In this document: piece by piece, positions 10,022-20,541 of the stretch
Position numbering within the stretch: the first letter of the stretch is position 1
Layout: the number at the start of each line of letters is the position of its first letter
DNA from: an uncultured delta proteobacterium
GTDB lineage: Bacteria > Bdellovibrionota > FAC87 > UBA2466
DNA length: 64,000 nt
Direction: 5' to 3'
NCBI GenBank assembly: GCA_963778115.1
Contig: CAVZSV010000004.1
Location: forward strand, 2,624,001 to 2,688,000
Program-made: the position numbers and the translations under genes
Notes under the pieces: generated by a model
Database searches by the model: none
Told to the model about the DNA's origin: nothing
The model's input: the letters and a program-made list of their open reading frames with translations, nothing else

Positions 10022-10741
10022 CTATGCCGCTTTCTTTTGATCTTCTCGAACACCTATGAATAGGTAACCGCTACCGCGAATCGTTCTAAAAAATTTGGGG
10101 TTTTTTGGATCCTCTTTCAATTTCTGACGTAGTCGGCTTAGTAATACATCGACGGACCGATTAAAACTTTCCCATTCGATGCCCCGTAGATTATCAAGTA
10201 TTTCATCACGACTCATAACTCGGCCCGCGTTGCGCACCAGTAACTCCAAAATAGAAAACTCTGTTGTGGTTAAATTAACCTCTTGGTTTTCCAAAAATAC
10301 GGTCCTTTGATTGAAATTTAGCTCCAACCCATTATATCTAACCACCGATCCCAATCTTGGATCCGATAGCTTCGATCGGCGTAGGACAGATTCGATTCGC
10401 GCCACAAGTTCCGCGGGGTCGACCGGCTTTAGCACGTAATCGTCCGCACCTAATTTGAGACCGACAATACGATCGGTGATCTCCGACCGAGCAGTCAGCA
10501 TAATGATAGGAACGGAACTAGTTTGACGAATTTCTCGGCAGAGATCAAACCCGCTGCGCGTGGGTAACATGATGTCGAGAATAATGAGCGCTGGCGACGT
10601 CTGTTGGATTAACTTTAAACCCTTCTCTGGGGTCGAGGCGGACATAAGCTCCATGCCACACTGCATTAAATATTTATGGAGAAGCTCACACAGTTTCACG
10701 TCATCATCGATAATTACAATGGAAGTAGCCATATGCTTCAT
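10022..10741 (-). CDS. OmpR-family response regulator
   Basis: Receiver ('IIDDD', 'LDIMLP', 'GADDYVLKP') plus winged helix ('RSVDVLLSRLRQKL', 'TIRGSGY'). Confidence 0.93.
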   Translation of the reverse strand: MKHMATSIVIIDDDVKLCELLHKYLMQCGMELMSASTPEKGLKLIQQTSPALIILDIMLPTRSGFDLCREIRQTSSVPIIMLTARSEITDRIVGLKLGADDYVLKPVDPAELVARIESVLRRSKLSDPRLGSVVRYNGLELNFNQRTVFLENQEVNLTTTEFSILELLVRNAGRVMSRDEILDNLRGIEWESFNRSVDVLLSRLRQKLKEDPKNPKFFRTIRGSGYLFIGVREDQKKAA

Positions 10742-10792
10742 ACGTATCGGCGCAATCCATTTACCTCTTGATGCGCCCTTCCATCGATGGGT

Positions 10793-12019
10793 TTATCGTT
10801 TCAGAAGGTATTTTCCGACAGCCGGGTTCTCCTTTTTCCAGATAACGTTATCTATGAAAAAGTGGTGGATGTTCAAAAAGATGGCTGCAAATGCGGCGAA
10901 GAGCAGAGGGGGGAATTGATACTGCCCAGACTCAAAGGGGAACGTCCGATCCAAAAAGTTCGGGACTATATTAAATGTTACAGCCCCCAAGATCCCCGCT
11001 AGCAGCAAGTATCCCCAAAACCTCGTCAACATTCCCGCGCGATATTGGACAGGGCTTTTGTCCTGCAACTGGTCTCGGACTTTATTTCTTCGAAATGCGG
11101 TACCAAACCAGAGGTATTGCAGAGAATGAAAAAATGGAATCGCGAACATGAATAGGGGGTGATAGAAAACAGGTAAGTACCACACCATCATTGATGCTAC
11201 TGCTAGAATAGCTGTCGCGGAAGGGGTTACTCCAGTTCTCACATACTTCGTTAAGAGTAATCCAAAGAACACGATCGCTAACAAGAAAAATACTGCCTGG
11301 GCGCTAGTCATCGCCCAATAAGGAAAGTTCAGAGCCGAATAGAAAAATCCGTTGAAATTTTGCATCTGAGAGTTGGTATTCGTTCCCACCCAGCCAATCG
11401 CACCCAAAGTAAGCAGACTTATCCGCAGGATAAGTTTTTCGAGCTGTGAAAAATAGGCTCCATTGCGCGCGGAGCTAAGAATAAAAATTCCATAGGCCTG
11501 CTTTGCGTAGTGCCAGCCCACCAGGACATACATGGCATATATAAAAAACGGAACTGACTCTTTTCGCGCTAGTGCAACGTAAGTCATGCCGCCCAAGATG
11601 ACGACTGGAACGACAATTCCAGCCCAAATATATCGTTTCTCGCGAAAGAACTCTTTTCGACAGTCCCAATACAAGAACTGATACGAAAGAAGAAAGTGTG
11701 GAAAGTTGCATACGAAACTTAGGACGAAGAAAATCCAAGAGGCTTGAGAGAGAATGGGAGTGGGAAAAGTTTGACCGTTCGGATAAACGCCCACATAGGT
11801 AAACGGCATAAGACTACGATCACAAAACAACATGCACAGCACGAAAAATACCAAAGAGCCGCCTCCGGACATAAAGAGGTCTAGAGGTCGAGACAAAAAA
11901 TATGGCGAAATGGTTGGGTGTCCCGTTTGTAAGGATACTTTTGCTGGCTCCTTAACTACCAAATCAGCGGGTTCATGAGACAAACTGACCTTCTCAGCAA
12001 CAGTGGATTTAATAATCAC
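10793..12019 (-). CDS. Polytopic membrane protein with His motifs
   Basis: About 9-10 hydrophobic segments; NFPHF, GWHY, FHSLQY, NIHHF motifs. Confidence 0.75.
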   Translation of the reverse strand: MIIKSTVAEKVSLSHEPADLVVKEPAKVSLQTGHPTISPYFLSRPLDLFMSGGGSLVFFVLCMLFCDRSLMPFTYVGVYPNGQTFPTPILSQASWIFFVLSFVCNFPHFLLSYQFLYWDCRKEFFREKRYIWAGIVVPVVILGGMTYVALARKESVPFFIYAMYVLVGWHYAKQAYGIFILSSARNGAYFSQLEKLILRISLLTLGAIGWVGTNTNSQMQNFNGFFYSALNFPYWAMTSAQAVFFLLAIVFFGLLLTKYVRTGVTPSATAILAVASMMVWYLPVFYHPLFMFAIPFFHSLQYLWFGTAFRRNKVRDQLQDKSPVQYRAGMLTRFWGYLLLAGILGAVTFNIVPNFLDRTFPFESGQYQFPPLLFAAFAAIFLNIHHFFIDNVIWKKENPAVGKYLLKR

Positions 12020-12033
12020 AAAGCCTCCATCAT

Positions 12034-14082
12034 TTATTCATACCTAAGAGCGGAAATCGGACTTAGAGCAGATGCTTTTTTTGCGGGCCAGAGACCAAAA
12101 ATAATTCCAATGCCAGCGGAAAATAATAGAGACAGGAAAATACTTGCCATCGAAACGGGAGCGGCCCAACCGGCTATCTTTGTGAGTACAAAAGCAATCG
12201 ATAGTCCAAGAGCAACTCCTATGACCCCGCCGAGTGCGCTAACTATCATGGCTTCGACTAAGAACTGGAGCAGAATATCGGAAGGTTTGGCGCCAACGGC
12301 CTTGCGAAGGCCAATTTCCCTTGTTCTTTCGGTAACGGAAACAAGCATGATATTCATGATCCCAATTCCGCCAACAAGTAACGAGATCGCCGCGATACAC
12401 GCGAGAAGTCCCGATAACACGCGGCTAGTACTCGAAAAGGCTTGTTGAATCTCTGCCATGTTACGGACATCAAAACTATCTACTTGGCTGGGCGGTAGTC
12501 GGTGCCTGCGGACGATGAGGTCATGAGTCTGTGTCTCAACTTGGTCCATTTTCGTCTGGTCACTGACTTCAATATCGATCTGATCGACAAAATCCTTTCC
12601 TAGAAGCCGATGCATCGCCGTGTTTAAAGGGATGACTATAACGTCATCCTCATCTCGAAAACCTTGTGCGCCTTTTTTCTTGAGTACCCCAATGATTTGG
12701 AAGCTTACTTTGTTAAGCTTTACATACTCTCCAATGGGGTTTGCGCCTCCAAAAAGTTCTCGGACTGTCGTGGTGCCAAGTAGCGCCACTCGCGCCCGTT
12801 CGAGGTTTTCGTCATTGCTGAAATACCGCCCAACCTGAGCGGGTGCATTATGTAACGAAGCGTACTCAGGCAGGGTACCGGTCACGGATGTATTCCAATT
12901 CTTGTTCCCGAATACTGCCTGGACCCTTCCCGATACCGACGGAGAGGTGTGTTTAACGAAAGGGACTGAGTCTCCGATATCTCTTGCGTCTTCCATGGTG
13001 AAGCGGGTCACTGTTCCCGCTTCGAGAGCCACTCCCATGGAGCGCATAGAGCCGGGCATCAAAACGAGCAAATTGGACCCAAGCGAAGAGAGGCTTTTTT
13101 CTATCGAATCCTTCGCGCCCTGTCCGATAGCTAGCATCGCAATGACCGCCGCAACACCGATTAAGATTCCGAGCATCGACAGACCTGAGCGAACTTTGTT
13201 GGAGGCGAGGGCTTTATACGCCTGTTTGCAATGCGCATATGCGCTTTGAATAAAACGCTGAACCTTCGATTTGGCAGCTTCCTCTGGAAGCGACTTTATT
13301 CGAGAGTTGGAGGAGGGGCATGGACTGGTCCGAATATCCGAGGAGATTACTCCATCTCTCATTCGAATTACCCGCTTTGCCTCCTGGGCAATTTTCTCTT
13401 CGTGCGTTACGACAATTACCGTGATTCCTTGTTCATTGAGTTTATGCAGAATGGCGAGAATTTCCTCTTCACTCGTCGAATCCAAATTCCCCGTGGGTTC
13501 ATCCGCCAGCAGAATGCTCGGTTCATTTACTAGCGCGCGCGCAATTGCCACCCGTTGTTGTTGTCCTCCTGAGAGTTCGTTGGGATGATGTGCTAGTCGA
13601 CCTTCGAGCCCGACTTCTTTTAAAAGAACGGCGGGAGATCGTCTCTCAGGTCCAGTCTGATAAAGGATAGGAAGTCCCACATTCTCAAGCGCGCTGGTCC
13701 TGGGAAGCAAGTTGAACTGCTGAAAGATAAAACCAATCGTTCTACTTCTAAGTTCCGAAAGCTCGTTCTCCTTCAAATGAGAGGTCTCATTCCCCTCTAA
13801 CGAATAGGAACCTGACTCTACTGGATCTAAAAGTCCAAGGACATGAAGTAGCGTGGATTTACCTGAGCCGGAAGGCCCCATAATCGCTACAAAGTCGCCT
13901 CTCTGGATGGAAAGGCAAACCCGGTCGAGTGCCGTAACCACCACCTCGCCCATTTGATATTTTTTGGATATCGAATTGAGCTGAATAATTGTATCGGTTT
14001 GTGGAGCGACCGATCTCTCCACTGATCCAATAGGTAGGCTATTTTCCGTTCGTGTGTCTTTTTTCAATCTATCTGGGGCCAT
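12034..14082 (-). CDS. macB: MacB-like ABC transporter (ATPase-permease fusion)
   Basis: 'GPSGSGKST', 'LSGGQQQRVAIARAL', 'LADEPTGNLD', FtsX-type 'VGGIGIMNIMLVSVTERTREIG'. Confidence 0.9.
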   Translation of the reverse strand: MAPDRLKKDTRTENSLPIGSVERSVAPQTDTIIQLNSISKKYQMGEVVVTALDRVCLSIQRGDFVAIMGPSGSGKSTLLHVLGLLDPVESGSYSLEGNETSHLKENELSELRSRTIGFIFQQFNLLPRTSALENVGLPILYQTGPERRSPAVLLKEVGLEGRLAHHPNELSGGQQQRVAIARALVNEPSILLADEPTGNLDSTSEEEILAILHKLNEQGITVIVVTHEEKIAQEAKRVIRMRDGVISSDIRTSPCPSSNSRIKSLPEEAAKSKVQRFIQSAYAHCKQAYKALASNKVRSGLSMLGILIGVAAVIAMLAIGQGAKDSIEKSLSSLGSNLLVLMPGSMRSMGVALEAGTVTRFTMEDARDIGDSVPFVKHTSPSVSGRVQAVFGNKNWNTSVTGTLPEYASLHNAPAQVGRYFSNDENLERARVALLGTTTVRELFGGANPIGEYVKLNKVSFQIIGVLKKKGAQGFRDEDDVIVIPLNTAMHRLLGKDFVDQIDIEVSDQTKMDQVETQTHDLIVRRHRLPPSQVDSFDVRNMAEIQQAFSSTSRVLSGLLACIAAISLLVGGIGIMNIMLVSVTERTREIGLRKAVGAKPSDILLQFLVEAMIVSALGGVIGVALGLSIAFVLTKIAGWAAPVSMASIFLSLLFSAGIGIIFGLWPAKKASALSPISALRYE

Positions 14083-15064
14083 TAGTTTTTTCCTTTCCCC
14101 GGCCAGGAGGGGTAGGCATGAACGGATTTACTGATGCAATATCCTCAGCTGGTTCCGACCAAACGGGGAGAAGCACCATTTCGCCTTCGTTAAGGCCACT
14201 TACGATTTCAGTCCGCTTGCCGTCTGTAAGTCCTATTTCGACTTCTTTTGAAGTGGTTGATCCTTGCGGCCCCGGTTGCCCGTTTGGCTCTACTTCGAGA
14301 ACAAAGGTATTGTCATGTTCCTGATGAATCGCTTCAGAAGGAAGTAGGAGTGCTTTTTCTTTTTTTTGAGCAAGAATGGATACGTTGGCAGTCATGCCGC
14401 TTTTCATAAAATCGGGAACTTCATCGGGGACTATATCCACCTGATAGGTGGTAACGTTATTCACCGTCTTAGCGTCATAGGCTATTCGAGCCACTTTCGC
14501 TGGAATTACGGTCTTGGAGTAGGCGTCCAGGGTGATACGGCAGGCTTGCCCTAAACTTACATGTGAAATATCCGTCTCGTCGATCGTAGCCTGAATGATG
14601 AGTCTATCTGAAACGACAAACACGACATCGGTACTCGCAACGGTTTGGCCAGGCTTTACGTTACTGAGAATGAGCATTCCATCAAGTGGAGAGATAACGG
14701 GTGTTGCGCGATAGAGTTCCTTCCACTTTCTGACTTCGCCTCGCCCCTTGGCCCTGGCGGCGTCTAAGAGTGAAACTCTTTCCGAGGAACTCATCCACGC
14801 GATGATTTGGTCGCGTTTTACCGGAGAGCCTTCGTTGATCAGTATTTCCTCGACTCTTCCGGAAGTCGGAGGTTTTATTTCTAACCGATTTTGGGACTGC
14901 ACGGTGCCAGTCGATTGGATTCGTAACTCTAGATCACCTCTTTCGACACGGACGATCGACCCAGAAAGTCCCTTTGGTCGCGAGTGTACGTGAAGAGAAA
15001 TCCCTATGATTACGATCACCGCAATCCCGAAAACGAAAAAGATATGACGCCTGTGTAGTTTCAT
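14069..15064 (-). CDS. MacA-like periplasmic adaptor (membrane fusion protein)
   Basis: N-terminal TM, 'SGRVEEILINEG', 'SGMTANV', 'VEIGLTDG'; lies between tolC-like and macB-like genes. Confidence 0.88.
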   Translation of the reverse strand: MKLHRRHIFFVFGIAVIVIIGISLHVHSRPKGLSGSIVRVERGDLELRIQSTGTVQSQNRLEIKPPTSGRVEEILINEGSPVKRDQIIAWMSSSERVSLLDAARAKGRGEVRKWKELYRATPVISPLDGMLILSNVKPGQTVASTDVVFVVSDRLIIQATIDETDISHVSLGQACRITLDAYSKTVIPAKVARIAYDAKTVNNVTTYQVDIVPDEVPDFMKSGMTANVSILAQKKEKALLLPSEAIHQEHDNTFVLEVEPNGQPGPQGSTTSKEVEIGLTDGKRTEIVSGLNEGEMVLLPVWSEPAEDIASVNPFMPTPPGRGKEKTNGPR

Positions 15065-16437
15065 GGTGCAATCCCCAGCCCTCTGTTCTGGTCCCAGCTC
15101 GCTTCGCTACTTGCGGCCTGAAGCTCGTCGGACAGAAGTATCTGTTGTTGACTAATTAAATCGGATTCAATGATGTCCCAATCCTCAAATGATTGAAGCC
15201 CATTTGCATATTTACTTCTTGCGATCTGCGAGCGAATTTTCGCTGCGTCCATTGTCTCCTGTTGTGCTTCCTTTTGTTCAATAGCAAAAACGTAGTCTGC
15301 GTATGCTTGTTTAAGATTCACAAGCGTCTGCCGGTCGGTCGAACTACGTACGGCTTCCGTGCGGTCGCGATCGCTGACTGAGGTCGCAACACTGTAGACG
15401 GTGCTAAATCCAGAAAATATGGGGATCGATAGCGTGACTCCCGCTGACCATTGGCTCGAGTTTAAAGGAAGTGAAGTTCCTGTCAGCGAGTACGAGCCGT
15501 TCAAAGCGAGCGTGGGATAGTATCCGCCTCGGGCTTTGGTAATTGCAGCGTCAGACGCTTTAACGTCGGCATCTGCTCCAAGGTGGGCTGGAGTCGCAAG
15601 TACCAATTGTTCAAAATTCGGGGTGTCTTTCGGATCAAGTGAAGGCTTCACTTGAACGTCCAACTTTCCTTGAACCTCAAGTGGCTCTGCACCAGAGCGA
15701 CCCAATAGGCGCGCCAGGTTCTCGGAAGCAACCCTTACGTTCCGGGTTGCCCTACGTTCGTCAACTTGCGCCGAATGATAGGCTGCTAAACTTTTTAAGT
15801 AGTTTCCTTTATTTTCTGTTCCCCCTTCAAAGCGAAGTTGGACTAGTTCCTGATTTTCCTTTCGACGTTTAACGATATCCTTCTCAAGTTCGAGGAGTTC
15901 CTGATCATAGATCAGAGTCTCAAAGGCAACTCGCAGATCGTGTCGAACCTGGGCCGAAGTCGAACCTTTGCTTTGTTTGCTCGAGTCTAGGTTGTACTTA
16001 TTCTGCTCGCGTGCGGCCGAATCCTGAAAGCCGTTAAAGATATTTTGGCTGACAGTGAGACTCGTTGAGTAGAGATCGGTTCCGTTCGAAGACGGCATGC
16101 CTGATGCCCCACCTGGACCAGAGGAGTTAATTGATCCAGATGAGGCTCCCGGGATAGAAACTATACTGGCATTCGTACGGGTATAACCAGCACTAGCGCC
16201 TACTTGGGGAAGAAATCCACTGAGGCTTCCGCTTAACGACGCTTGCGCCTTTGAGACGGAAGCCTGTGCCGATCGTAGATCGGTATTATTTAAGTAAGCC
16301 TCATGTAAGCATTGGTCCCAAGTTAAGGAATCGCCGAAAGAGACCAAAGAGTAGACCTCGCAGATCAGCGCAATGAGCAAACATATGCTTTTCCGAGATG
16401 GAAGAACGCGATAGCGAAGTAAACGGCTGTTGATCAT
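15061..16437 (-). CDS. TolC-family outer membrane efflux protein
   Basis: Signal peptide, 'GFLPQV' and 'YYPTLAL' repeats; overlaps the adaptor start (ATGA). Confidence 0.88.
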   Translation of the reverse strand: MINSRLLRYRVLPSRKSICLLIALICEVYSLVSFGDSLTWDQCLHEAYLNNTDLRSAQASVSKAQASLSGSLSGFLPQVGASAGYTRTNASIVSIPGASSGSINSSGPGGASGMPSSNGTDLYSTSLTVSQNIFNGFQDSAAREQNKYNLDSSKQSKGSTSAQVRHDLRVAFETLIYDQELLELEKDIVKRRKENQELVQLRFEGGTENKGNYLKSLAAYHSAQVDERRATRNVRVASENLARLLGRSGAEPLEVQGKLDVQVKPSLDPKDTPNFEQLVLATPAHLGADADVKASDAAITKARGGYYPTLALNGSYSLTGTSLPLNSSQWSAGVTLSIPIFSGFSTVYSVATSVSDRDRTEAVRSSTDRQTLVNLKQAYADYVFAIEQKEAQQETMDAAKIRSQIARSKYANGLQSFEDWDIIESDLISQQQILLSDELQAASSEASWDQNRGLGIAP

Positions 16438-16862
16438 GCTCTCTCATTTTAGATTCTAAAAGTGTGGAGAGCTTCTCCGTTTGGTAAATCTTTGTATCGT
16501 TCTTGTAACTGAGAAAGGCCATCAATTTCATTAATTTCAAGTTGCATACTTGTTGTGCAAAAGGAGCTACGGCGAACACTTCTAGTGGGTTACGAAGCTA
16601 CTCTGTCCCGAAACACACTTTGCGGCCGAATTTTGAATCTCACCCTCGGAACTCCTTAAAGAAATGGATAAATAGAAGGTCTTTTTTCATGAACACGAGC
16701 ATCCCTGTCTAATAGTTGCACGCGAAGAAAACGTCTTTTCTCTCGATTTTCGTGATCGAGTTCATCCCTCCGCCTTAAAACCTCCGACTTGTATCAAGGT
16801 ATGTCAGTTGCAGCACTTAGCAGCCGAACCATGTTCCACTGAGATCGTAGTTTGAGGTTTGT

Positions 16863-19295
16863 TTGAGGATAAATTCGATCATTGTTCTTCTAGCGTTAGT
16901 TTGTATTTCCGCTATGCCAAAGGCGCGTGGCGAGACGTTGAGTGCCCCTCTACCAACGAAAACGGCTAACAAAAACTCAAGACGAAAAACTGTATATTCC
17001 CGCCAACGAAAAGTGAAAGAGGCTCCGTTTCTCCAGGTGAAATATCGATCACTTAGAGGTTTAGACGAGTCGAACTCAAATTCGCCCAACGACATCTTCC
17101 ACATCGATCCTAATTATGCAGGCTCGGGTGCGGTTCGAGGAGGGACAACTGGATTTGTAGGTCCAGGGGGAGTGTGGGCGCCTCCCCCCCCATTACGAGG
17201 CCGATCCCTTCGTCCTTCAGATCAGGTGGGACTGACAATCAGCGTTGGACAAAACGTCTCTTTTGCAAATACGAGCTCCTTCGGACCTGGTCAGGGATAC
17301 GCGATGCCGTACTCAAACTCGTTCTCTCATGCCCCAGGTGGAATGATGAGTGGCCCCCCGGGGGGTGGCCTGATGGGCGGAGGAATGTCAGGCGGCGGTG
17401 GAATGATGGGTGGAGGTGGAATGATGGGTGGAGGTGGAATGATGGGTGGAGGTGGAATGATGGGTGGAGGTGGAATGATGGGTGGAGGTGGAATGATGGG
17501 TGGAGGTGGAATGATGGGCAGCGGGGGAATGATGGATAGCGGAATGATGGGCGGGGGAATGATGCCAGTTTCTAGTGATAGCCCTAACTCAAGTTCGGAT
17601 GGAAGTTCTACAACCAATTCAGACGGAGCCACTCAGTCCGATCCAATGGGAACCGGATTTCAGTCGGGAACGATGGGTGGCAGCGGAATGATGGGTGGCA
17701 GCGGAATGATGGGTGGCAGCGGAATGATGGGTGGCGGTGGAATGATGGGCGGCGGCGGAATGATGGGTGGCGGTGGAATGATGGGTGGCGGTGGAATGAT
17801 GGGTGGCGGTGGAATGATGGGTGGCGGTGGAATGATGGGTGGCGGTGGAATGATGGGTGGCGGTGGAATGATGGGTGGCGGTGGAATGATGGGTGGCGGT
17901 GGAATGATGGGTGGCGGTGGAATGATGGGTGGCGGTGGAATGATGGGTGGCGGTGGAATGATGGGTGGCGGTGGAATGATGGGTGGCGGTGGAATGATGG
18001 GTGGCGGTGGAATGATGGGCGGCGGCGGAATGATGGGTAGCGGGACAGCGACGAACCTTGCGGCCCGGTTTGGCTATTCGCCAACGAATGACTTCGGACT
18101 TTCTCTGGGAATCGGTACCTCTATTTCAGAGCCTTCCCCTCTGGCTAATTCAAGCTCCAACTCGCTCGGCGCCGCAGGATCAAATTCGGTGAGTAACACT
18201 CTTAATTTGTCAGCGATGATGAACTATCTACCCAGTAGGGATATTTCACTTTCGTTAATGCTAATGAGTATGATCCCGTCAAGCAGCACGACTCAGTCCC
18301 TACCATCAGCCGGAACTCCGGGCTACAACGCTCCGACCGGTTCAGGTCCAATGACTTTGCTAGTTCCGAGCGCAAACTTTCGAGTAACGGACGATCTCAC
18401 TCTCGGAGTGAGCTTGACTCAGATTTTCAACTATAACGGTATCGATTCGAATTTCGGTGTTAACGGGCCTCAAACCCCGGGTTACAGTAATGCCGGTCTA
18501 GGAAACAATTACGTCCAGGACACGACCGTACTAACGTCACGGGCCAGCTATTCACTCTCTCCCTATACGAGATTACTTTTAAGCATTCCGGTTGGATTTG
18601 AAAACGGTCTCCTAGATCCTTCGGCTGGAATAATTTCCAACGTTCCGATTTACCAGGACCGAGGGGCATTTTTCTCGCTCATGTTAGGCCTCCAGGCTAC
18701 AGCACCGTTATCGCAAATGAGCCAGCAACAATCCAAAATCAGCACCGTAACGGCCTCAATCGGTCCTAGTTATCGATATAAAGCCGTCTCCTTCACGTAC
18801 AACTCTCAGGTCGCTTATAGTTTTTACGCGAATCCTTACGGGACCACGAATGGAATGGGCTCCTTGGCGAATAGCTATGCGTCGGGATCTAGTACTAGTA
18901 TCGGAACCGGAACGAGTGCGCCACAGCAACTTCAAACGCTTAATTCGTTGAGCCTAGGGATAAAGATCGCCAAGGAGTGGCGGACCTTCTCTTCAGCAAG
19001 TGTTAATTTTACCTCAGATACAAGCCATGACATTAGTTGGGGAACTAGAGCGACACCGCTGGGTATAAGTTACTCGCCCAGCCCGCTTTCTATTTCAGCT
19101 GGATTTTCTCTAACTTCTAATCCGTTCAATGACCAAGTCGTCTCTTTTCCAAATCAGGCCATGATTTTCGGTTCAATGAGTTACACCTTTGGAAGTCCAC
19201 GGGCGGGTATGGGAGGAATGATGCCTCCAGCTCCTCGTTCCGATAGTAATCCGCCGAGGGTTCCGGCGAGTTCGTCGAGGAGCGACGATGAATAG
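16863..19295 (+). CDS. Exported Gly/Met-repeat protein with a beta-strand-rich C-terminal domain
   Basis: 810 aa, signal peptide, two (GGMMGG)n tracts, C-terminal alternating hydrophobic pattern suggesting a beta-barrel. Confidence 0.75.
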   Translation: MRINSIIVLLALVCISAMPKARGETLSAPLPTKTANKNSRRKTVYSRQRKVKEAPFLQVKYRSLRGLDESNSNSPNDIFHIDPNYAGSGAVRGGTTGFVGPGGVWAPPPPLRGRSLRPSDQVGLTISVGQNVSFANTSSFGPGQGYAMPYSNSFSHAPGGMMSGPPGGGLMGGGMSGGGGMMGGGGMMGGGGMMGGGGMMGGGGMMGGGGMMGGGGMMGSGGMMDSGMMGGGMMPVSSDSPNSSSDGSSTTNSDGATQSDPMGTGFQSGTMGGSGMMGGSGMMGGSGMMGGGGMMGGGGMMGGGGMMGGGGMMGGGGMMGGGGMMGGGGMMGGGGMMGGGGMMGGGGMMGGGGMMGGGGMMGGGGMMGGGGMMGGGGMMGGGGMMGGGGMMGSGTATNLAARFGYSPTNDFGLSLGIGTSISEPSPLANSSSNSLGAAGSNSVSNTLNLSAMMNYLPSRDISLSLMLMSMIPSSSTTQSLPSAGTPGYNAPTGSGPMTLLVPSANFRVTDDLTLGVSLTQIFNYNGIDSNFGVNGPQTPGYSNAGLGNNYVQDTTVLTSRASYSLSPYTRLLLSIPVGFENGLLDPSAGIISNVPIYQDRGAFFSLMLGLQATAPLSQMSQQQSKISTVTASIGPSYRYKAVSFTYNSQVAYSFYANPYGTTNGMGSLANSYASGSSTSIGTGTSAPQQLQTLNSLSLGIKIAKEWRTFSSASVNFTSDTSHDISWGTRATPLGISYSPSPLSISAGFSLTSNPFNDQVVSFPNQAMIFGSMSYTFGSPRAGMGGMMPPAPRSDSNPPRVPASSSRSDDE
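17400..17519 (+). repeat. 18-bp tandem repeat array 1 (GGAATGATGGGTGGAGGT)
   Basis: 6 perfect units plus a partial unit. Confidence 0.95.
17667..18041 (+). repeat. 18-bp tandem repeat array 2 (GGAATGATGGGTGGCGGT)
   Basis: About 20-21 units; the first three end in GGCAGC. Confidence 0.95.
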
Positions 19296-19695
19296 ACCTT
19301 CTTTACTATTAATTGATGATGATACCAAGCTACTGACTCTGTTATCTCGGTATCTCACGCGTTATGGATACGATGTAATGGATACTAACAGTCCAAATTC
19401 AGGGCTTGCAATCTTTCATCGGAACAAATTCGACCTAATCATACTTGATAAGATGATGCCCGAAATTAACGGAATCGAACTGTGCAAGAAAATACGAGCG
19501 CAAAGTGACGTCCCCGTGATCATTCTTTCAGCAGACGAAACTATTCAGGCACAAGATGAGGCCAGATCGGCGGGGGCCACCCTCTTTGTTTCCAAACCAT
19601 TTCCTCCAGCGCTCTTGATCGCTAACCTAAGTATCCTCCTGAGGGAACATAATTTGGAAGAACACCTTCAGGGGATGAAAAACTTATCCAAGTGA
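19288..19695 (+). CDS. Single-domain response regulator
   Basis: 'LLIDDD', 'LDKMMP', 'FVSKP'. Confidence 0.85.
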   Translation: MNRPSLLLIDDDTKLLTLLSRYLTRYGYDVMDTNSPNSGLAIFHRNKFDLIILDKMMPEINGIELCKKIRAQSDVPVIILSADETIQAQDEARSAGATLFVSKPFPPALLIANLSILLREHNLEEHLQGMKNLSK

Positions 19696-19722
19696 TTCGA
19701 CGGGTTAGTACTGCCATTTCCC

Positions 19723-19759
19723 GTTACACACCGTTACCTAAAATTACTTCACTGAAACC
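19723..19759 (+). promoter_or_regulatory. 10-bp-periodic GTTAC boxes (probable autoregulatory site)
   Basis: GTTACA 19723, GTTACC 19733, ATTACT 19743, upstream of the RR-HK pair. Confidence 0.55.
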
Positions 19760-19815
19760 ATACGAACCTCGAAATAGTTTATTCTACTCATAGGGGTAGG
19801 AAAGAGTGTGAGATT

Positions 19816-20541
19816 TTGAGCATTCAGGAAAAGACAATCCTAATCATCGACGACGATGCAAAACTCATTGACCTTTTAGGTCGCTACTTGCGCCAGCAAG
19901 GATGGAATGTGCTTTCCGCAACTAGTGCCAACGCCGGTCTATTATTATTTAAGAGTGCGAATCCATCACCGTCGCTCGTTATTCTGGATGTCATGATGCC
20001 TGAATTCAGCGGAGTTGAAGTGCTTCGTCAAATAAGAGGCGACAGCGAAACGCCCGTCATACTCCTTACAGCCCGTGAAGGGATTCAGGATCGGATTCAG
20101 GGCCTCAAAGGGGGAGCCGATGACTATGTGGCCAAACCGGTTGATCCAGGTGAACTGAGCGCCCGCATCGAGTCGATTCTTAGAAGATCCCAAAGAGTTC
20201 GGTACCAAACGACAAAGACTGAAATCTACTACTTTAAAAATCTCGAAATTAACGCATCTACTCGCTCAGCGATTTTGAACGGAGAGGAACTTTCTCTCAC
20301 AACAACCGAATTCAAAACTCTTCTGCTCTTCGCAACTAACCATGGTAAAATTTTAACGCGAGATGCAATTATGGATAGCCTTCGTGGGGAAAGTTGGAAT
20401 GCCTACCAACGTTCTATCGATATATTAATGAGCCGTTTGCGTCAAAAGCTTGGGGATAACGCTAAGAATCCCAAATATCTTAAGACAGTATGGGGTGAAG
20501 GGTATGTCTTCGTTGCGGAGAAGCTCCATGAAAAGCCCTAG
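19816..20541 (+). CDS. OmpR/CpxR-like response regulator
   Basis: Receiver plus winged helix 'RSIDILMSRLRQKL', 'TVWGEGY'. Confidence 0.93.
   Translation: MSIQEKTILIIDDDAKLIDLLGRYLRQQGWNVLSATSANAGLLLFKSANPSPSLVILDVMMPEFSGVEVLRQIRGDSETPVILLTAREGIQDRIQGLKGGADDYVAKPVDPGELSARIESILRRSQRVRYQTTKTEIYYFKNLEINASTRSAILNGEELSLTTTEFKTLLLFATNHGKILTRDAIMDSLRGESWNAYQRSIDILMSRLRQKLGDNAKNPKYLKTVWGEGYVFVAEKLHEKP

Noticed and set aside
17400..18041. 18-bp arrays as a CRISPR array
   Set aside because: Head-to-tail repeats with no unique spacers, in frame within a CDS, and no cas genes in the window.
17174..18084. Alternative-frame repeat ORFs (WRWNDG, IIPPPP, HPSFHR)
   Set aside because: Shadows of the 18-bp repeat. 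Only the Gly/Met frame is continuous with a signal peptide and a long ORF.
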